Part shown: positions 1 through 8,900 of the stretch, piece by piece | Position numbering within the stretch: the stretch's first letter is position 1 | How the letters are laid out: every line of letters starts with the position of its first letter | Virus record (IMG/VR): IMGVR_UViG_3300033148_003111 | Reading direction: 5' to 3' (one strand) | DNA from: an uncultured virus (IMG/VR IMGVR_UViG_3300033148_003111) | Taxonomy: Duplodnaviria > Heunggongvirae > Uroviricota > Caudoviricetes | Length of the DNA stretch: 20,000 nt | Made by a program: the position numbers and the translations under genes | Notes under the pieces: generated by a model | What the model was told of the DNA's origin: nothing | Seen by the model: the letters and a program-made list of their open reading frames with translations, nothing else | Database searches by the model: none

Positions 1-680
1 ACAATCTGACAGTCATTCCCCACGGGACGGATCGGCCCATTAACCACACGTTCGATGTCCAGAAAGCCTTTGAATTCGTGAACCGGTTTTTCAACGGATC
101 GATGCAGATCGACAACATGGTCTTTGCAAGCTCAGTTGGATTCATCTCAAAGAACAAAATGCAGGAGGAAACCCTGAGAGCGGCGACGATTGCCGCCAGT
201 CGGATTCCTAACCTGCACTTCCTGATGATCGGCTCCACCGGCAGACGATCCTATGACATCGATTACCTGCCCCTACTCAAAAACCTGGAGACAGAGCGGG
301 TCAAGGTGGTCAACAGGTTCCTCACCAAAGAAGAGATCGAGATGGTCCTGAGGCTGTCCAATTTCTCGGTTATGAACTATGAGCAAACCAACTTCTCCAT
401 CAGCGGGGCATCTCATCTTCTAATGACCTACGGGGTTCCAAGCATAAGTTCACATGCGAGAATCTTAAATGATCTGACCGAAGACATGAGTATCAAGGTC
501 AGGCCGGAAGACGTGGGCCAAATCGCGGACGCGATGGTTCTTCTCTGTCAGAACGTCGAAATGAGATCGAACATGGGAAAGACTGCCTTTTCCAGAGGAA
601 CAGAAACTACTTGGGATAAAGTTGCAGGGAGACATTTCAATGTGTACAGGAAAATCGCAAATGAAAGTCGATCCAAATGA
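1..680 (+). CDS. Glycosyltransferase family 4 (GT-B fold), 5'-truncated by window edge
   Basis: Frame is open from nt 3 (NLTVIPHGTD..., VIPHG typical of GT4). C-terminal GT-B features: SVGFISKNK, SISGASHLLMTYGVPSISS, 'QIADAMVLL...MGK..TWDKVA..HFNVY'. Confidence 0.85.
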   Translation, partial: NLTVIPHGTDRPINHTFDVQKAFEFVNRFFNGSMQIDNMVFASSVGFISKNKMQEETLRAATIAASRIPNLHFLMIGSTGRRSYDIDYLPLLKNLETERVKVVNRFLTKEEIEMVLRLSNFSVMNYEQTNFSISGASHLLMTYGVPSISSHARILNDLTEDMSIKVRPEDVGQIADAMVLLCQNVEMRSNMGKTAFSRGTETTWDKVAGRHFNVYRKIANESRSK

Positions 681-1380
681 ACATTATGAAGAGGGATACT
701 TTTTCCCTCAAACCAGGACGTACCTGGATGAATTCAACAACGAACGCGAGTATCGCGGGCCAGCTAAGGACTGGCACGGGTTCACCGAAATCGCCCAATG
801 GTTGAAACTCAATTTCCCTGATGCCCATACCATCTACGACATCGGGTGCGGGCCGGGGAGTTTCGTGGCTCGGGCCTCACAGATAGGATTCCTGTGCCGG
901 GGGATTGACATCAGCAAGTGGGCCATCAAGAACTGCGTCGAGGGAGCCAGGGGCAGGCTCCAGGTTGTAAACATTATCAAAGAGAATCCTTCCCACATCC
1001 AACACGACATGGTTACGGCCCTGGACCTGATGGAGCATATCTACGAGAAGGATCTGGACAAAAGCCTGGACTACATCTATCAGTCGATTCGCAGCGAGGG
1101 AATCTTCTTCGCCTGTATCGCTACCGCAAGGAACCAGAACGAGATCTGGACCCATACCAGCGAGGAAGATGAAGTCCCGCCAAACAAGAGATGGCTTGCC
1201 ATCTCTGGCCATGTTAACATCAAGTTCATGGACTACTGGATCAAGAAAATGGAATCGACCGGCCTCAAGACCGACTACGAGAGCATGGTGAAATTCCAGA
1301 TCTGGAGAATGCAGCACAGCGAGTTGTCGGCCCTGGATTCTTGGAGCCTGTTGAATGTCTACATCGGGAGGAAGCCTTGA
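661..1380 (+). CDS. Class I SAM-dependent methyltransferase
   Basis: Motif I IYDIGCGPG, GIDIS (motif II), and DLMEH, typical of glycan-cluster methyltransferases. ATG at 661 overlaps the GT4 end. Confidence 0.88.
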   Translation: MKVDPNEHYEEGYFFPQTRTYLDEFNNEREYRGPAKDWHGFTEIAQWLKLNFPDAHTIYDIGCGPGSFVARASQIGFLCRGIDISKWAIKNCVEGARGRLQVVNIIKENPSHIQHDMVTALDLMEHIYEKDLDKSLDYIYQSIRSEGIFFACIATARNQNEIWTHTSEEDEVPPNKRWLAISGHVNIKFMDYWIKKMESTGLKTDYESMVKFQIWRMQHSELSALDSWSLLNVYIGRKP

Positions 1381-1411
1381 AATATCTGGTCATGTGGAAA
1401 AAGGAAAATCC

Positions 1412-2290
1412 ATGAAATACGGAGTGATTTCAATCGATGCGCCTGAATCGGTCAACGATGCAAACATCCTGATCGAGTGGGCGGCAAAACAAATGCTCGG
1501 CCTGGGTGAAGCAGCGGTTTCGGTTTCCGTGTTCAAGATGCCGACCGATGAACAGATCGATCAGTTGAACCAGTGCGATTTCGTACTACTCCCCGGCTCC
1601 ACTCTTCTTGCCAAGGGAGATACGCAGAGCTTAGCCCTGGCCGCATTGCCGAAGATCAAGGTTCCCAAGATCTGCTCCGGGGCATCAGCCTGGGGTCCGC
1701 GTCTGCCTCCCTATACGGAAATCCTCAAGCACATCACCCCCCCGGTCGGGTGCCGCGACCCCTACACCTTCGGCCTGTGCCAGATGCAGGACATTGAGGC
1801 GATGATTATCGGGTGCCCGGTTATGCACCTTCCCCAGAGGGAAACAACCAAGCCTGATAAGAAGTTTTCTATCGTGAGCTTCGGAAGAGATGAGTGCGAT
1901 GTCCAGATGGAAATCTATCGGGGCCTCTACGGGACAAAGATTGTGGCCCTGCAAGAACCAGGAGTCGAGGCCGGATTCGCCCGAAGCATGGGGTTGGATT
2001 CATTCAACTACAAAGATTCCGAACTGGTGATGGACTACTTCTCTCGCTGCGATGCCGTTTACAGCGGAAGGCTCCACGGAATCCTCCCGGCCATCTCGCA
2101 GAGAAAGCCCATCTGCTTTTTCGGTGACGACAAGGACACGCGGTTCTCGCTATTTGGTTTGCTGGACATTCCGGTCCATCCGATCATTAATGGTCGAAGG
2201 TTCGATGCCATCTGGCCGCTCAAGTACGGGAGCCGGGTGGAAGGAATAACCAACAATTTCAAGAGATGGATGAAATTCTCAGGTTTTTAG
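1412..2290 (+). CDS. Polysaccharide pyruvyl transferase family protein
   Basis: LLPGSTLL, GCRDPYT, IGCP and SGRLHG motifs in family order. AAGGA RBS before ATG 1412. Confidence 0.8.
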   Translation: MKYGVISIDAPESVNDANILIEWAAKQMLGLGEAAVSVSVFKMPTDEQIDQLNQCDFVLLPGSTLLAKGDTQSLALAALPKIKVPKICSGASAWGPRLPPYTEILKHITPPVGCRDPYTFGLCQMQDIEAMIIGCPVMHLPQRETTKPDKKFSIVSFGRDECDVQMEIYRGLYGTKIVALQEPGVEAGFARSMGLDSFNYKDSELVMDYFSRCDAVYSGRLHGILPAISQRKPICFFGDDKDTRFSLFGLLDIPVHPIINGRRFDAIWPLKYGSRVEGITNNFKRWMKFSGF

Positions 2291-2299
2291 GAGTCAGAT

Positions 2300-2413
2300 A
2301 TGCCCTGGCCTGGACCTACATTTCCGCATATCAGAAAAGAGGTATTAGGAGTTGGCGATCCCGCTGTTCTGCAACTACTCAATAACGGGAATGCATCTCT
2401 AAATGTTCCTTAG
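2300..2413 (+). CDS. Small ORF, 37 aa (MPWPGPTFPHIRKEVLGVGDPAVLQLLNNGNASLNVP), unknown function
   Basis: AGGAG RBS 7 nt before ATG 2300. Occupies most of the gap between the pyruvyltransferase and GT2 genes. Below the ORF-track cutoff. Confidence 0.6.
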   Translation: MPWPGPTFPHIRKEVLGVGDPAVLQLLNNGNASLNVP

Positions 2414-2438
2414 CAATCTTATTAAGTAGGAGAAATCT

Positions 2439-3500
2439 ATGCCCGAAGTATCTGTTATTCTCAATACGGCCAGGTCCGGTCACACAATGGTTGGATTCCC
2501 TGATATCCATCACTTCAAGTACACCATCGGTGCCCTGAGAAGGCAGAGTTTTTCTGACTTCGAGCTTGTTATCTCCGACTATCTCTACGATAAACGAAGT
2601 TTTGATTGGGATTCAATTGGTGACTTACGATTCCAAATATTCCACGTTCCAGTAGTCCATAGTATCGCTAAGAACATGGGATATGCTGCCATATCTGCGA
2701 CCAAGAACGCGGGTGCGATGTTCGCAAGTGGTCGATTCCTCATCTTTCTCGATGACTGTTGTTCCTTCCCATCTGAATTTGTTCAACGGATGTATGAAAC
2801 CTGGATGGGAACCGGGTCTTTCCCAAACGCCTTACATATCAAGGAACTAGGCTCCACGAACTACCGCGATGCCAACGGCGAACTGATACGTGACTGTCGA
2901 TATAAAATCTTGGAAGACAGGAAGGTCAAGGTTCTCGTAGATGCTTTCAATCTCTATGGGTACTCAAGTTGTTCGATGGAAGCGATGTTGAGATTGAACG
3001 GCTTTGCGGAAATTTTCGACTTTTCCAGGCAACTCGAAGACATCCATTTCGGTGAGAGATTGAAGGCAGCTGGATACCACATCTCGTTACATAAGAATCT
3101 GTTTGTTGCGGAGCAAGAACACTACCAAATCGCCCCTGACCCCGGAGGCACATCTACCCCCAAGCACTTCCCAGAAGACCCGCACGAATTCAAAGAAAAT
3201 CTCAAGTGCAACGGTCCATTCTATCAGATGATGGTTGAGCGTAGGGGTGATGACATGATAAAGTCCAACCATCGGGCCATGACCATTCAGGAATTGGGGA
3301 AGATCAATCCCTGCTACATGCTCAACGGATCGGGATGCAAGATGTCTGGGCTTCCCTGTAACTGGCTCAACCCGGATGGAACAACCCGGCATCTCAAGCA
3401 TCCAGACGCCAAGGAATTCTTCGACAACCAGCCGATTTTCAGTCTTGAACAGATGCGCCAGGAAAGCCTCACGCGGAAAGAGGGGTATCGAGTTAAATGA
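2439..3500 (+). CDS. Glycosyltransferase family 2 (GT-A fold) with Cys-containing C-terminal extension
   Basis: VSVILNT, QSFSDFELVISD, KNAG..FASGRFLIFLDDC, LNGFAEIF..LEDIHFGERL. AGGAG RBS. Confidence 0.85.
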   Translation: MPEVSVILNTARSGHTMVGFPDIHHFKYTIGALRRQSFSDFELVISDYLYDKRSFDWDSIGDLRFQIFHVPVVHSIAKNMGYAAISATKNAGAMFASGRFLIFLDDCCSFPSEFVQRMYETWMGTGSFPNALHIKELGSTNYRDANGELIRDCRYKILEDRKVKVLVDAFNLYGYSSCSMEAMLRLNGFAEIFDFSRQLEDIHFGERLKAAGYHISLHKNLFVAEQEHYQIAPDPGGTSTPKHFPEDPHEFKENLKCNGPFYQMMVERRGDDMIKSNHRAMTIQELGKINPCYMLNGSGCKMSGLPCNWLNPDGTTRHLKHPDAKEFFDNQPIFSLEQMRQESLTRKEGYRVK

Positions 3501-4507
3501 ATCCTCGTATAAGCATTGTCCTGAACACCAAGCAAGAACTCTATCCGATGCCTGGACTCGAAGATGAAAGTATCTATTCTATTCTCATTAAGTACCTCAA
3601 GGAACAGTCCTTCGATAATTTTGAGCTTATCATCGTAGATGGATACTTCGAAGAACGAAAAGACAGCTTCCAATATCTCAAGCTCCCCTTCCCGTTCAAG
3701 TATACTCATCCGAAGCCTAGTCCGTGGGATAATCACGAACACGCGATTCACATTTCTAGCGACCGCAACACCGGCATCATGCTTGCTCGGGGTGAGCTTA
3801 TTATGTGCCTGGATGACTGCATCGTCCCAATGTTCGGTGATACGTTCCAACAAATCATCGAGTGGTGGGACAAGGGCTTCCTTCTCAGGCCGATGTTAAA
3901 TGGAAAAGACTACGAAACAACCGACCCCACCGGAACTGGATTTTGCTTTATAGATGATTTCTACAAAGAGATGAAAAAACATCCAGAAAGGAAACTCGGA
4001 AGCGGCTTGTTTGTAGCAAGCGGTCATCGCGGAGGCGTGTTCCTGTTCCCGGCCTGGATTTACGAAAGACTCAACGGGTTCGATGAACGCTTCGACTCGA
4101 TGAAAAGAAACCAGGATTGCGATTTCACCGACCGGGCAGATATGCTCGGAATCAAGAGATTCAGTTTCCCCAGAGAACATCCATTTGTCAGGATCGAGCA
4201 TGCCCATGAGATATACAACCTCAACACGAATTTCGTCTGTAATGAAGCATACATGCAGTACGCCAGAATCCAAACGCAGCATCACGGGGAGACTCGCGCA
4301 AACCAAAGAATCCTTGACTCCAGCGATGTTGAAGCAATAAAATCGAGGTGTAAAAGTTGTCATCTACAAGGCGCATGTAAAAAAGATGAGCCACCGGGAC
4401 TAGACTTTTACTTGAAATATCAGCCGGTTTTCGACCTAGCAGCGAAGAGAAAAGAGATGATCCAAAGGTACGGAGAAGCGACTGGTGTAGTTGAAGTGGA
4501 GTGGTGA
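3497..4507 (+). CDS. Glycosyltransferase family 2 (GT-A fold), paralog of 2439-3500
   Basis: ISIVLNT, QSFDNFELIIVDG, RNTGIMLARGELIMCLDDC, LNGFDERFD..QDCDF. ATGA overlap with the previous gene. Confidence 0.88.
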   Translation: MNPRISIVLNTKQELYPMPGLEDESIYSILIKYLKEQSFDNFELIIVDGYFEERKDSFQYLKLPFPFKYTHPKPSPWDNHEHAIHISSDRNTGIMLARGELIMCLDDCIVPMFGDTFQQIIEWWDKGFLLRPMLNGKDYETTDPTGTGFCFIDDFYKEMKKHPERKLGSGLFVASGHRGGVFLFPAWIYERLNGFDERFDSMKRNQDCDFTDRADMLGIKRFSFPREHPFVRIEHAHEIYNLNTNFVCNEAYMQYARIQTQHHGETRANQRILDSSDVEAIKSRCKSCHLQGACKKDEPPGLDFYLKYQPVFDLAAKRKEMIQRYGEATGVVEVEW

Positions 4508-6207
4508 TGCCAGAGGTTCCGATTCCAGGTACGCATCGTGACGTTTGGGTCTTTCACGAATTACTGAGAACCATCGCAGTACACTACCAGAATCCTCCCC
4601 TAACAATGGAGGATTCCCTGTTTGGAACTTCCACGTTTTTCTTCGATTACTCCAATGCCGCCACCGAAGCCAAGAGGGGAATGCTCTACAAGACCGGGGC
4701 GGTGGATGTGAACGCAGCGGGATATGAGAACCAGAACAAGGCCGACCACAACAAGTACGAGTACGTATCCGGCAAGACCGGCAACCAGTCAACGAAGAGA
4801 ACCGATTTCGGACCCTCTCATAAGTGGTTGTACATCTATCGGGCCTGGTACAACTATCTCTTAGCGAACCCGGTAAAACCTGAATTTTGCATCCTGGGAC
4901 CGTTCTACGCGGCCTATATCAGAAACTCGGGAATCGAGATCGGCGGCAAGTGGTATTCCCCTCATTCATCTCTACCAGCCCATCCCGAAGCTCGGGCACA
5001 TTACGCTCCTGGTAATTATCTCGACCTGCAAGATTTCCTCGATATTGTCAACCCCCTCGGTCATTTCCCGCCCGGAGTTGATATTCTGAAAGACAACCGG
5101 ATCGTGTTCTTCGACCCGGCGCAGCGTGATGACTTCCAGGCCAGGTTTCAGGAGAATTACGAGAGTGATGCCCCGACAATGATCGATGCCTGTATAAGAC
5201 AGGGCAGGAGAATATACTACCACGAACTTATCGAACCAGTCGGAAAGTATGGAATCAGAATCAACTTCGCTCCTATCGGGATGGGAATGGCTTACGAAGT
5301 CCCGCTTGATTGGTTGACCTTCCTGTACACCGAAGGCCAGCTTACCGATAATGCTTTCCATTACAGCGGGAACAGGTACGGAGTAGAAGAGGCTCACTTC
5401 GATATCCGGCCCAAGCGGGCCATGAGTAGTTTTTTCGCCCGCGATTCCTGGTTACAGTGTTGGATCAACCAGGGCAAGATTCCTATGGACCCCCAGGAAC
5501 TTGCAAATGTCTACCGGGGAAAAGTGATTGGGATGAATCCTTGTCCCTACACCGAAATGATGTACCCGGTTGAAATTAAGAAGAGATCAGTCAAGCGTGG
5601 GTTCGCGGATTTCTTCGCGCCCATCATGGAGTTTGGTTTCGCGTGTGCGGCGGTTGCGATTGCGGTGGCGAGGGGAGATCCAAGCCTTTTCATCGGAATC
5701 GCCGCGACAACTCTCAGGAATGTAATCAGTCAAGCACTTCCGTCGATTGCGGTTTACTCAGATATGGCAATCGTCGGCTTGACCGCAGCGGCCTTGAGTG
5801 AATTCAAGATGAACCAGAACGACAAGGAGGCCAAGAACAGTGCATTCAACATGCTGAAAGGCATGTGCGATTCCGAGTACCGGAAAATGACCGGAATCGA
5901 GCAAGAGAACTTCGATGCCGACACAAATGATCTCGTCAACACCGTGGACAACATAGTAACCGACAAGCAAAAAAAAATCTTGGCCGCTATAACAGACCAG
6001 TTGGAAAATAGATCAAGTGCCCTCATCGGGAACCTAGCTGTGGCATCTATGCAGTTCCAGGTGTACCCGCAATTCCAAATAGCAGCGGCAAGTCAGATAG
6101 TTCAGTCCGACATCCAATTCGAGAAGGCCAAGAAGACCGGATCTAACATCATGTTGGGAACCGGTCTTGTGGCTGGCGCGTTACTTTTGAAAAAAATTCT
6201 CAAGTAG
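4507..6207 (+). CDS. Large hypothetical protein (~566 aa), putative membrane-associated virion protein
   Basis: TGATG overlap with GT2. Aromatic-rich N-terminal two thirds, internal hydrophobic segments (FGFACAAVAIAVA, LFIGIAA, MAIVGLTAAAL) and a C-terminal anchor (IMLGTGLVAGALLLKKILK). Function is inferred only. Confidence 0.6.
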   Translation: MPEVPIPGTHRDVWVFHELLRTIAVHYQNPPLTMEDSLFGTSTFFFDYSNAATEAKRGMLYKTGAVDVNAAGYENQNKADHNKYEYVSGKTGNQSTKRTDFGPSHKWLYIYRAWYNYLLANPVKPEFCILGPFYAAYIRNSGIEIGGKWYSPHSSLPAHPEARAHYAPGNYLDLQDFLDIVNPLGHFPPGVDILKDNRIVFFDPAQRDDFQARFQENYESDAPTMIDACIRQGRRIYYHELIEPVGKYGIRINFAPIGMGMAYEVPLDWLTFLYTEGQLTDNAFHYSGNRYGVEEAHFDIRPKRAMSSFFARDSWLQCWINQGKIPMDPQELANVYRGKVIGMNPCPYTEMMYPVEIKKRSVKRGFADFFAPIMEFGFACAAVAIAVARGDPSLFIGIAATTLRNVISQALPSIAVYSDMAIVGLTAAALSEFKMNQNDKEAKNSAFNMLKGMCDSEYRKMTGIEQENFDADTNDLVNTVDNIVTDKQKKILAAITDQLENRSSALIGNLAVASMQFQVYPQFQIAAASQIVQSDIQFEKAKKTGSNIMLGTGLVAGALLLKKILK

Positions 6208-6219
6208 GAGGATACCAAG

Positions 6220-6705
6220 ATGGCACATCACATCGACAAAGTAGTGGAAATTTTCAAAAAGGTGGTGGGCAGAGAGCCAAAAAGCAACGACATGAATTCA
6301 ATCTACTCCATCGCCCAACAAGAAGTCACCGAGGCGCAGATCGAGGAATTTTTCAGCGGACTTCCCAAGTCCGAAGAATACCTCGATACCCTGGAGAACA
6401 ATGGGGTAGTCGAAGAGATGGATGATCCAACCCCGCCACCGGAGGAACCCGACGATGCAACAGTGGAGGAAGAAAAAACGGAAGAAGAAGTTGTGGATGC
6501 AACGGACGAAGAAACGACAGCGCCAGAGGGCGAAGGAGAAGGTGGCGAAAAAGAAGGAAAGAAGGAAAACGAGGATGACATGATCACCAAGGATGACCTC
6601 AAGAACATGACCGTTGCAGAACTCAAGCCGATGGCGAAAGACCTCGGAATCACCGGGAAGATGAACAAGAAGGAACTTGTTGATCGAATCTGGAAAGCCC
6701 TGTAA
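6220..6705 (+). CDS. Acidic protein with C-terminal Rho-N/HeH-like nucleic-acid-binding motif
   Basis: GGAGG RBS. Glu/Asp-rich linker. C-terminus LKNMTVAELKPMAKDLGITGKMNKKELVDRI matches the Rho-N/HeH pattern. N-terminus VVEIFKKVVGREP resembles the DUF4214-type (L)GREP helix motif. Confidence 0.7.
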   Translation: MAHHIDKVVEIFKKVVGREPKSNDMNSIYSIAQQEVTEAQIEEFFSGLPKSEEYLDTLENNGVVEEMDDPTPPPEEPDDATVEEEKTEEEVVDATDEETTAPEGEGEGGEKEGKKENEDDMITKDDLKNMTVAELKPMAKDLGITGKMNKKELVDRIWKAL

Positions 6706-6729
6706 GATCTGGGCATAAGGAGATAAATC

Positions 6730-7371
6730 ATGGCGGGCGTTTACGGAGATGTCGATTTCGATACCCTATATGCCGAAGCAGCGGGCGTTCCGGTAGAGGA
6801 AGAACTGGAGACACCGGCAACCGGATACTACCAGATCATCTCGCAGATCAAGAGCCGGATCGATTCCAATATGGAAGTGATCTACAACTTTGTCGAAAGC
6901 CTTAAGATCTCGCAGGAGCAGGATTACCAGCAGATTGCAAGGGAGTACAATCGGGTTCACGATCAGTACACCGCGTTAATCCAGGCCGCTTTCGTCACCG
7001 GGGAACAGGCGTTGTCGGAATCAGAGAAAACCGGGTACATCAACCAACTCAACACCATTCTGGCCTACACGGATGAATTCATCGCCAAGCTGGACGCGGC
7101 GGGGTTCAGAATGCCACCGGAACAGAGCGTGGAGGCCGAGGGATTGCCGCCTTCCGCGCTTCCCTCGACAACCGCGATGGTCAAGCATGACGATAACGAA
7201 ATCGTCATGGAGAACGTGGGGCCACTCCGGGCCTGGTGGCAAGGACTGAATCCTGGCCTCAAGACCGTAATCAAGGCCGCTATGATCGGAGGCGCAATCT
7301 TCGGAGGGAAGATGGCCTTCGAGTGGTTTGCCGACAAATACTACGACACAAAGGAAGGAGCCGAGGGATGA
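6730..7371 (+). CDS. Helical hypothetical protein with C-terminal hydrophobic segment
   Basis: AAGGAG RBS, amphipathic helices, VIKAAMIGGAIFGG segment near the C-terminus. Similar to 7695-8255. Confidence 0.7.
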   Translation: MAGVYGDVDFDTLYAEAAGVPVEEELETPATGYYQIISQIKSRIDSNMEVIYNFVESLKISQEQDYQQIAREYNRVHDQYTALIQAAFVTGEQALSESEKTGYINQLNTILAYTDEFIAKLDAAGFRMPPEQSVEAEGLPPSALPSTTAMVKHDDNEIVMENVGPLRAWWQGLNPGLKTVIKAAMIGGAIFGGKMAFEWFADKYYDTKEGAEG

Positions 7372-7676
7372 GTCTGCGAAGAAAAAGAAGAAAAAAAGGA
7401 TTCTCAGTTGCGGAAAGATTCATAGAAGAAGCTGGTTATCCAACAGTAGATCAAGCAATTTCTAAACGCTCAAAAGAATATGAACCAAATTACAAACTTG
7501 CAATATGGAAAGAAGAAAGTCACGGCCACACTATATGGATGGTGGCTTTTGTAGATGAAGAAGGAGAGGCAATAACGGATATGCCGTATGGTTATGATGT
7601 TGACTTAGGTAAAGCTGTTGCTCAAGTTAGTAGATTCATATCAATGGAACAAAAACACGGAATAGAATACGATTAA
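7368..7676 (+). CDS. Hypothetical protein (102 aa, basic N-terminus), AT-rich
   Basis: ATGA overlap at 7368 with AAGGAG RBS. Starts MSLRRKRRKKG. Visibly lower GC than its neighbours. Confidence 0.7.
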   Translation: MSLRRKRRKKGFSVAERFIEEAGYPTVDQAISKRSKEYEPNYKLAIWKEESHGHTIWMVAFVDEEGEAITDMPYGYDVDLGKAVAQVSRFISMEQKHGIEYD

Positions 7677-7694
7677 AATACAGGAGTAACTTCC

Positions 7695-8255
7695 ATGAAA
7701 ACCATCGAACAGTACGAAGTGGAGATCGCATCAAAGGCTGAAATCATCGAACAACAGCTTGCGGTCTTCCAAGAAAACATCGGCCAGATCGGAAGCGTGA
7801 TCGGGAAGGACTCTACCCAGGTCTACGAACTCCTAGTTTCGCAATACAACGATGTAATCAACACCTATACAACCACCACGCGCCGGAACGCTCCAATCCT
7901 CCAGGGATACGTGACAAAGCTGGACAAGATCCTTGCCGTTCTAGCGGAAGTGATGGCAAGCATCGAGAAGATCGAATCCAACCATGGAGAGGATCTACTG
8001 AGCACCCGCTACGATGTCGAAATAGCAATGGAGCAAGCCAACGAGATGGCTATGAACTTGGCAATAGGGGCCCAGGAAGAACTCAAGGAGAAGGGCCTAG
8101 ATGTTTCTACCGACGTTCTCAGGTACGGGATGATCGGCGGGACCGCTTACCTCGTTCTGAGCCTTCTGGGGGCCGGTAAGACGTTCAGCCTGGCCGGTGC
8201 AGCGGCCACGGCGTACATGGTGGGACAACAGGGTGAAGAAAAAGCTACGGGATAA
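7695..8255 (+). CDS. Helical hypothetical protein with C-terminal membrane segments, paralog of 6730-7371
   Basis: AGGAG RBS. YGMIGGTAYLVLSLLG and SLAGAAATAYMVG hydrophobic segments. Confidence 0.7.
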   Translation: MKTIEQYEVEIASKAEIIEQQLAVFQENIGQIGSVIGKDSTQVYELLVSQYNDVINTYTTTTRRNAPILQGYVTKLDKILAVLAEVMASIEKIESNHGEDLLSTRYDVEIAMEQANEMAMNLAIGAQEELKEKGLDVSTDVLRYGMIGGTAYLVLSLLGAGKTFSLAGAAATAYMVGQQGEEKATG

Positions 8256-8607
8256 GCTGTACCTCTACGCATCTCAAGACCTTCCGATGAAGCTACTAAG
8301 TTCCATCGTGGAGTGTACACCGGAATCTAGCGAAGGATATTTCAATGATAAAACCATCCAATCGAATGTTCAACGATTCAGGAAGATTCTTAAAGAAGTC
8401 AGATTCAATATGCCGTACCTGTCCATCGATGAGTGGTACTTGTTCGCCCTGGCATACTACCAGGCCGGGAAGGATCAAGTGGTCCCGATAATTCAGACAA
8501 TGGTGAATGCCACCTGGATTGAGTATCGCAATCGGTTTAAGGTTGGGTCTGAGTTTGCGGAAAAAGTCTGGAGAGTGTTCAAAGAATCTGGTGGAGAGAT
8601 CACCTAA
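8233..8607 (+). CDS. Possible lytic transglycosylase (SLT)-like protein
   Basis: LLSSIV...ESS resembles the catalytic Glu motif, FALAYYQAG resembles ALAAYNAG, and EFAEKVW resembles YVxKV. Start is uncertain (GTG 8233 or ATG 8287). Confidence 0.45.
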   Translation: MKKKLRDKLYLYASQDLPMKLLSSIVECTPESSEGYFNDKTIQSNVQRFRKILKEVRFNMPYLSIDEWYLFALAYYQAGKDQVVPIIQTMVNATWIEYRNRFKVGSEFAEKVWRVFKESGGEIT

Positions 8608-8900
8608 TGGCCGAATACTTCACTATAGGAGATGTCGTCGAGGTCTTGAACGATTACATGATTTACGCCAGTGCGTTTACTGGAGAATCGCCACCATTTA
8701 CCAGAATTATTCACGCGAAGGAAGGTGATTTGATTCAGTACCTAGGTCCGAAGTACCGGGCCTTCGGGAGAACTCCGATTCACCATTTCATTTACATGAA
8801 GTGTGATGAAGATGGGAACGTAACTGGATTCGAGGTAAACTTCTACGTGAAGAACATGGTTGCGATGCTGAAAGGAATCGGGTACGAAGTGGAGGCATAG
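8607..8900 (+). CDS. Hypothetical protein (97 aa)
   Basis: TAATG overlap, GGAG RBS, codon style consistent with neighbours. Confidence 0.7.
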   Translation: MAEYFTIGDVVEVLNDYMIYASAFTGESPPFTRIIHAKEGDLIQYLGPKYRAFGRTPIHHFIYMKCDEDGNVTGFEVNFYVKNMVAMLKGIGYEVEA

